Source of the DNA: a virus
Lineage: Duplodnaviria; Caudoviricetes
Reading direction: 5' to 3' (one strand)
DNA: 29,635 nucleotides
Virus record (IMG/VR): IMGVR_UViG_3300044960_000463
Span: 1-29,635 of that record
Shown here: positions 26,095 through 29,635 of the stretch, piece after piece
Position numbering within the stretch: the first letter of the stretch is position 1
Layout of the letters: each line of letters begins with the position of its first letter
Translations under genes and position numbers: made by a program
Notes under the pieces: model-generated
What the model saw: the letters and a program-made list of their open reading frames with translations, nothing else
Told to the model about the DNA's origin: nothing
Databases searched by the model: none

Positions 26095-26564
26095 AAGGCG
26101 ACGGGAAGGTCATTCAAGTCTTGAACGAGGCGCTGAGTTCGGAGGTGCAAGCCATCATGCAGTACATGCTGCACGCCGAGCTACAGGCCAACTGGGGACT
26201 TGGGAAGTTGAGCGCGGCGACCAAGCGGGAAGCCATCGAAGAGATGAAACACGCCGAGCGGCTCATGGAGCGCATCGTGTTCCTGGAAGGGACTCCGAAG
26301 CTTGGGTTGGCGGTGGATGTCGTCCCAGGCAAGGACGCCCGAGAGCAGCTTGAGGAAAACCTGAAGCTGGAACTCGAAGCTGTGGCGAAGTACTCCGATG
26401 CCGTGGATCTATGCCAGAAGGTCGGGGACACGGGCAGCCGAGAGCTGTTCGAAGACCTGCTCCAGGACGAGGAAGGGCACGTCAACTACCTGGAGAGCCA
26501 GCTCAGCCTGATCGACCTGGCTGGTTACCAGAACTGGATCATTTCGCTAAGCAGCGCATCCTGA
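26091..26564 (+). CDS. bfr: Bacterioferritin
   Basis: MKGD start; ferroxidase ligands E18, E51, H54, E94, E127, H130 and haem ligand M52 fall at the canonical positions; ERIVFLEG.P motif. Confidence 0.96.
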   Translation: MKGDGKVIQVLNEALSSEVQAIMQYMLHAELQANWGLGKLSAATKREAIEEMKHAERLMERIVFLEGTPKLGLAVDVVPGKDAREQLEENLKLELEAVAKYSDAVDLCQKVGDTGSRELFEDLLQDEEGHVNYLESQLSLIDLAGYQNWIISLSSAS

Positions 26565-26587
26565 AAGCGTAAACAGGCCAAATCGAC

Positions 26588-26699
26588 GCTCAACATGAGC
26601 TTCCGCCTGCAATTTGTTGAGCAGTAAGGCAAGTTTGTTGACATGGGTTGCGCTAATATCGTAATGTCTACTTGAGGGGCATTGACCCCTCTAGGAGGA
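26588..26699 (+). promoter_or_regulatory. Probable capsid-operon control region
   Basis: TTGACA at 26638 but only a weak -10; inverted repeat gctcaaca/tgttgagc; tttgttga twice, 21 bp apart; hairpin gagggg-cattga-cccctc before AGGAGG. Confidence 0.45.
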
Positions 26700-26704
26700 C
26701 TCGG

Positions 26705-26947
26705 ATGGCCGACATTGAAATGGTCGGTGGGCAGCAAAAGATGGGGCGGATGGGGGTAAGCCCCCAACAGCAGCCTGGCGGGTCTACGGAGATCGACATG
26801 GTTGGCGGCGCTGGGGTGAACGCCTCCTGGGCGCCGGCTAGCCCTGTTCAGAAATCGGGCAGCGACTCTGGAATCGACATGGTTGGCGGCGCTGGGGTTA
26901 AAATCGGCAAGAACCCGGTGACGCCCTACGACAGCAAGACTCCCTAA
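26705..26947 (+). CDS. Small disordered protein with three I[ED]MVGG repeats
   Basis: AGGAGG RBS; IEMVGG once and IDMVGGAGV twice. Confidence 0.78.
   Translation: MADIEMVGGQQKMGRMGVSPQQQPGGSTEIDMVGGAGVNASWAPASPVQKSGSDSGIDMVGGAGVKIGKNPVTPYDSKTP
26792..26898 (+). repeat. 26-bp perfect direct repeat, two copies, in frame
   Basis: atcgacatggttggcggcgctggggt at 26792-26817 and 26873-26898. Confidence 0.9.
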
Positions 26948-26952
26948 CTGAA

Positions 26953-27336
26953 ATGGCCACACTCCCACCGGCACCCATGTTGCCCCCACAAATCGCCCGG
27001 CAATCGCCTGCGATGCCGCCATCGCAGCTCTTTGCCGGCGGCGGTCCGCCTCCTGGAGTTCCTGCGGGAGCGCCTGGTGAGGCGGGGCCGATGGCTGGCG
27101 CTGGCCAGCCGAACCCCTCCATCGTACAGCTCCTGTCCAAGATCGACGAATTGGAGCAATGGGCTGGGCAAGTGCGCAGCCTGTTAAATCTGGTTCAGCC
27201 CTCGCTGATCCCGCTACTGGTTCCGATTGCCCAGGCGGGCTTAGCGCTTCGGGCTGAGCTGAACGCAATTCAACAAAGGGCCACGGCAGGGCCTCAAGCT
27301 GCCCCACCGGCGCCTGCCCCTCCGCCAGGGACATGA
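26953..27336 (+). CDS. Pro/Gly-rich head-associated hypothetical protein
   Basis: Pro-rich ends around a helical hairpin; lies upstream of the scaffold-like gene. Confidence 0.7.
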   Translation: MATLPPAPMLPPQIARQSPAMPPSQLFAGGGPPPGVPAGAPGEAGPMAGAGQPNPSIVQLLSKIDELEQWAGQVRSLLNLVQPSLIPLLVPIAQAGLALRAELNAIQQRATAGPQAAPPAPAPPPGT

Positions 27337-27365
27337 CCGGGAAACGACAACGAAAGAGGTGAGAG

Positions 27366-28163
27366 ATGGGAATCTTTGACGAACTCCTCGCAAAGGTAGA
27401 CGAGAACGACCGAGCCGTAATCGAGAAATATCCATCGCTGAAGGAAAGCATGGAGAAGCTCGAAAAGGCCGCATTGGACTACGCCGCTTGGTATCGAGAC
27501 AACTGGGACGAGCAACATGGCATGACCAAAAGCGAATGGGAGGCACGCCAGGAGCTGGAAGCAGCTCGGCTGCGCCTCCAGGAGCTGCAAGCCAACCCGC
27601 AGGATTTCAGTGCTCCGGAAGCCAGTGAGATTTTGGAACAGGCTAGGAAAGCAGGCATGGTGACCCAGGCAGAGGTGCAGCGGCTGCTGGATGAGCGCTT
27701 ACGGGCGATTCAGCAGCAGAACGACCAGATCCTGGCTGGGATGCAGAACTTCTATTCCCAGGTCTACACCTTGGGATTCCAGCACAAGGACGAGTTTGGC
27801 CAGCCGCTGGACCCCTCGGAGCTGTACCAGTTCATGGTGAAGACCGGGCTGCGGGACGCCAAGCTGGCCTACGAGCAAATGGTGGCGCCTAAGCGCGCTG
27901 AGCTCGCCGCTAAGAAGCATGAGGAAGAGCTGCGGGCGGCGGAGCAGCGTGGCATGGAGAAGGCGCGGCAAGAGTTGGCGATGGCAACTCCGGGGCTTCC
28001 GACGGACAACACTGGCGGGATCATCGGGGTAACCCATCCCGGAGTGAGCAAGGCTGAGATTCCGCAGGAGCTGGCGGAGAAAACGAAAGGTTTGAGCTTA
28101 ACAGATCCCGAACTGGCGCGGATTGGGGTTGACGCGCTCAAGCGCGGGATCTTGACGCAGTAG
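27366..28163 (+). CDS. Putative capsid scaffolding protein
   Basis: Charged coiled-coil protein immediately upstream of the major capsid gene; GAGGTG RBS. Confidence 0.65.
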   Translation: MGIFDELLAKVDENDRAVIEKYPSLKESMEKLEKAALDYAAWYRDNWDEQHGMTKSEWEARQELEAARLRLQELQANPQDFSAPEASEILEQARKAGMVTQAEVQRLLDERLRAIQQQNDQILAGMQNFYSQVYTLGFQHKDEFGQPLDPSELYQFMVKTGLRDAKLAYEQMVAPKRAELAAKKHEEELRAAEQRGMEKARQELAMATPGLPTDNTGGIIGVTHPGVSKAEIPQELAEKTKGLSLTDPELARIGVDALKRGILTQ

Positions 28164-28180
28164 CAAAAGGAGGAACGGAA

Positions 28181-29152
28181 ATGGCACTGCCCCTTCAGGG
28201 CATCAACGCTTACACCCACAACTTCATTGAGCCGAAGTTGCGGGATACGGTGTACTTCGAAAGTCCGGTTTTTGTGCGGCTTTCGACCAAGCGCCGAGAC
28301 CAATTCCGAGGCGGCTTACTCGTCCAGCAGCCGCTGATCGTCGGCAAGCTGGCGGGCGGGGCAGTTGGCCCTGGAGAGGGTGCGCCTCCGGACGTACGGG
28401 TGACCGAAACGGCGTTGCAAACGCCGATGAAGCTGTACCTGGTGAACGTTCCGCTGATCGGGTTCAATGCGATGTCCAACGACGGGCCCGAGGCGGTGTT
28501 CAAGGAGATCAATGCCAAGTTTGCGAACGCCACGGCGGCGATGGCGGAGATGCTGGCGACGGACATGTACCTGTCCACTGCCGGCGGGCGGACTCGCAAC
28601 CTGGTGGGGTTCGAGGAGTGGATCGACGATGGCAACACCTACACCACCATCGGCGGAATCACTCGCACGGACATCGCCCCGGCGGGCACGGTCAAAGGCA
28701 TGAACGCCTACGTGGCCAGCTTGACCACGTTCAGCCTGTCGGCCTTGAATCGAGCCATTACGCAAACCTGGAATGGCAACCGGCGCGTGGACATGATCGT
28801 GTGTTCCCGTAACGGCTGGGACCTGATCTGGAATTCGCTCCAGCCGATGCAGCAGAACCTCGATCGGGAATCGGACGTCGCGCAGGCTGGCTTCCAGACG
28901 GTTCGGGTGAACGGCGCCGAGGCGGTTCTGGACCCCTATTGCCCGACGGGCACCAGCGGCCGCATGTGGGGCATCAACTCCCAGGCGGTTGAGTGGTACT
29001 TCAGTGTGAATCCGCTGTTCAACTTCGGGTTCACCGGGTTCAAGGGCACCCAGCTTGGCATCGACACCGCCGGGCAGTTCTTGTGCGGCAACACGCTGAC
29101 GGTCCCGTTGGCGCGTTTGTGCTTCAAGCTGACCTCGTCCACGCTGTTCTGA
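28181..29152 (+). CDS. Major capsid protein (HK97 fold expected)
   Basis: 323 aa, strong AAGGAGG RBS, position after scaffold; DTVYFESPVF, LVGFEEWID..TIGGITR and V.NGA...LDPYCP patterns. Confidence 0.82.
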   Translation: MALPLQGINAYTHNFIEPKLRDTVYFESPVFVRLSTKRRDQFRGGLLVQQPLIVGKLAGGAVGPGEGAPPDVRVTETALQTPMKLYLVNVPLIGFNAMSNDGPEAVFKEINAKFANATAAMAEMLATDMYLSTAGGRTRNLVGFEEWIDDGNTYTTIGGITRTDIAPAGTVKGMNAYVASLTTFSLSALNRAITQTWNGNRRVDMIVCSRNGWDLIWNSLQPMQQNLDRESDVAQAGFQTVRVNGAEAVLDPYCPTGTSGRMWGINSQAVEWYFSVNPLFNFGFTGFKGTQLGIDTAGQFLCGNTLTVPLARLCFKLTSSTLF

Positions 29153-29177
29153 GGGGGCTGAGGAGGAGGAAAAAGAG

Positions 29178-29615
29178 ATGGTTGAAACCAATCTGTTGTC
29201 GGCTCTTGGCACTGGGCCGATTGTCAAGCGGTACATCATCAGCTACAAGGACTTTACCGCTGCGGCAACCACCCAGAACATCACGCTTCAGACCCTGCCG
29301 AAGGGTTCCGTGGTGCAGTGGGTCCGGATCAAGCACGCGGAAGCGGTAGCCGGCGGGAGCATCTCGGCTGCCACGCTGTCGGTAGGGTCCTCGGCTGGCA
29401 CGGCGACTTCGTTCGCCTCGGCGTTCAGTGTCTCCCAGGCGGTGTCTGACACCACGGCGCAGATTTCTGCCGGCCCGGTTGCGGCTACCTACGCCGAGGA
29501 CACGATGTACGCCAGGATCACCACCACCGGCGGAAACGTCAACACGGCCACGGCCGGGCTGATCTACGTGGACGTGTGCTACTGGCACGTCACGGTCCCG
29601 GCAGACAAGCTGTAA
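29178..29615 (+). CDS. Putative capsid decoration/cement protein
   Basis: Ala/Thr/Ser-rich beta protein right after the capsid gene (TLPKGSVV..V.I...A, AG.IYVDVCY). Confidence 0.6.
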   Translation: MVETNLLSALGTGPIVKRYIISYKDFTAAATTQNITLQTLPKGSVVQWVRIKHAEAVAGGSISAATLSVGSSAGTATSFASAFSVSQAVSDTTAQISAGPVAATYAEDTMYARITTTGGNVNTATAGLIYVDVCYWHVTVPADKL

Positions 29616-29635
29616 TCGCAGCGAGGAGAAGAGGA

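Noticed and set aside
26792-26898. Mini-CRISPR (26-bp repeat, 55-bp spacer)
   Set aside because: Only two copies, non-palindromic, in frame within a gene whose third motif copy is conserved mainly at protein level; no cas genes.
26091-29152. Cellular encapsulin operon (ferritin plus HK97 shell)
   Set aside because: Terminase, portal and scaffold-like genes in the same module indicate a genuine phage head.

Overview
A 29.6 kb fragment of a GC-rich tailed dsDNA bacteriophage or prophage, almost entirely coded on the + strand; no integrase, tRNA or tail genes are visible. From left to right: (1) a ~500 bp non-coding tract of short repeats that flips orientation near position 200, then A-tracts and a sigma70-type promoter; (2) an early/middle region (691-12930) with a C5 and an amino DNA methyltransferase, one clear and one tentative beta-clamp (DnaN-like) gene in tandem, an ASCH-like protein, DUF4326, a sigma-region-4/RNAP-alpha-CTD fusion, a hexapeptide-repeat protein, many small Cys/His proteins and several internal paralog pairs; (3) a putative lysis block with a signal-peptide beta-barrel-like protein and a GH73 endolysin; (4) a divergent promoter pair and a small RHH-like gene on the - strand; (5) a packaging/head module (TerS candidate, TerL with Cys-rich inserts, portal, scaffold-like protein, major capsid, decoration-like protein). 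A 981-aa GT2-TPR-methyltransferase-GT2-GT32 enzyme, an intact bacterioferritin and a small I[ED]MVGG-repeat protein sit between portal and capsid. All calls come from motif recognition by eye; no database search was run.
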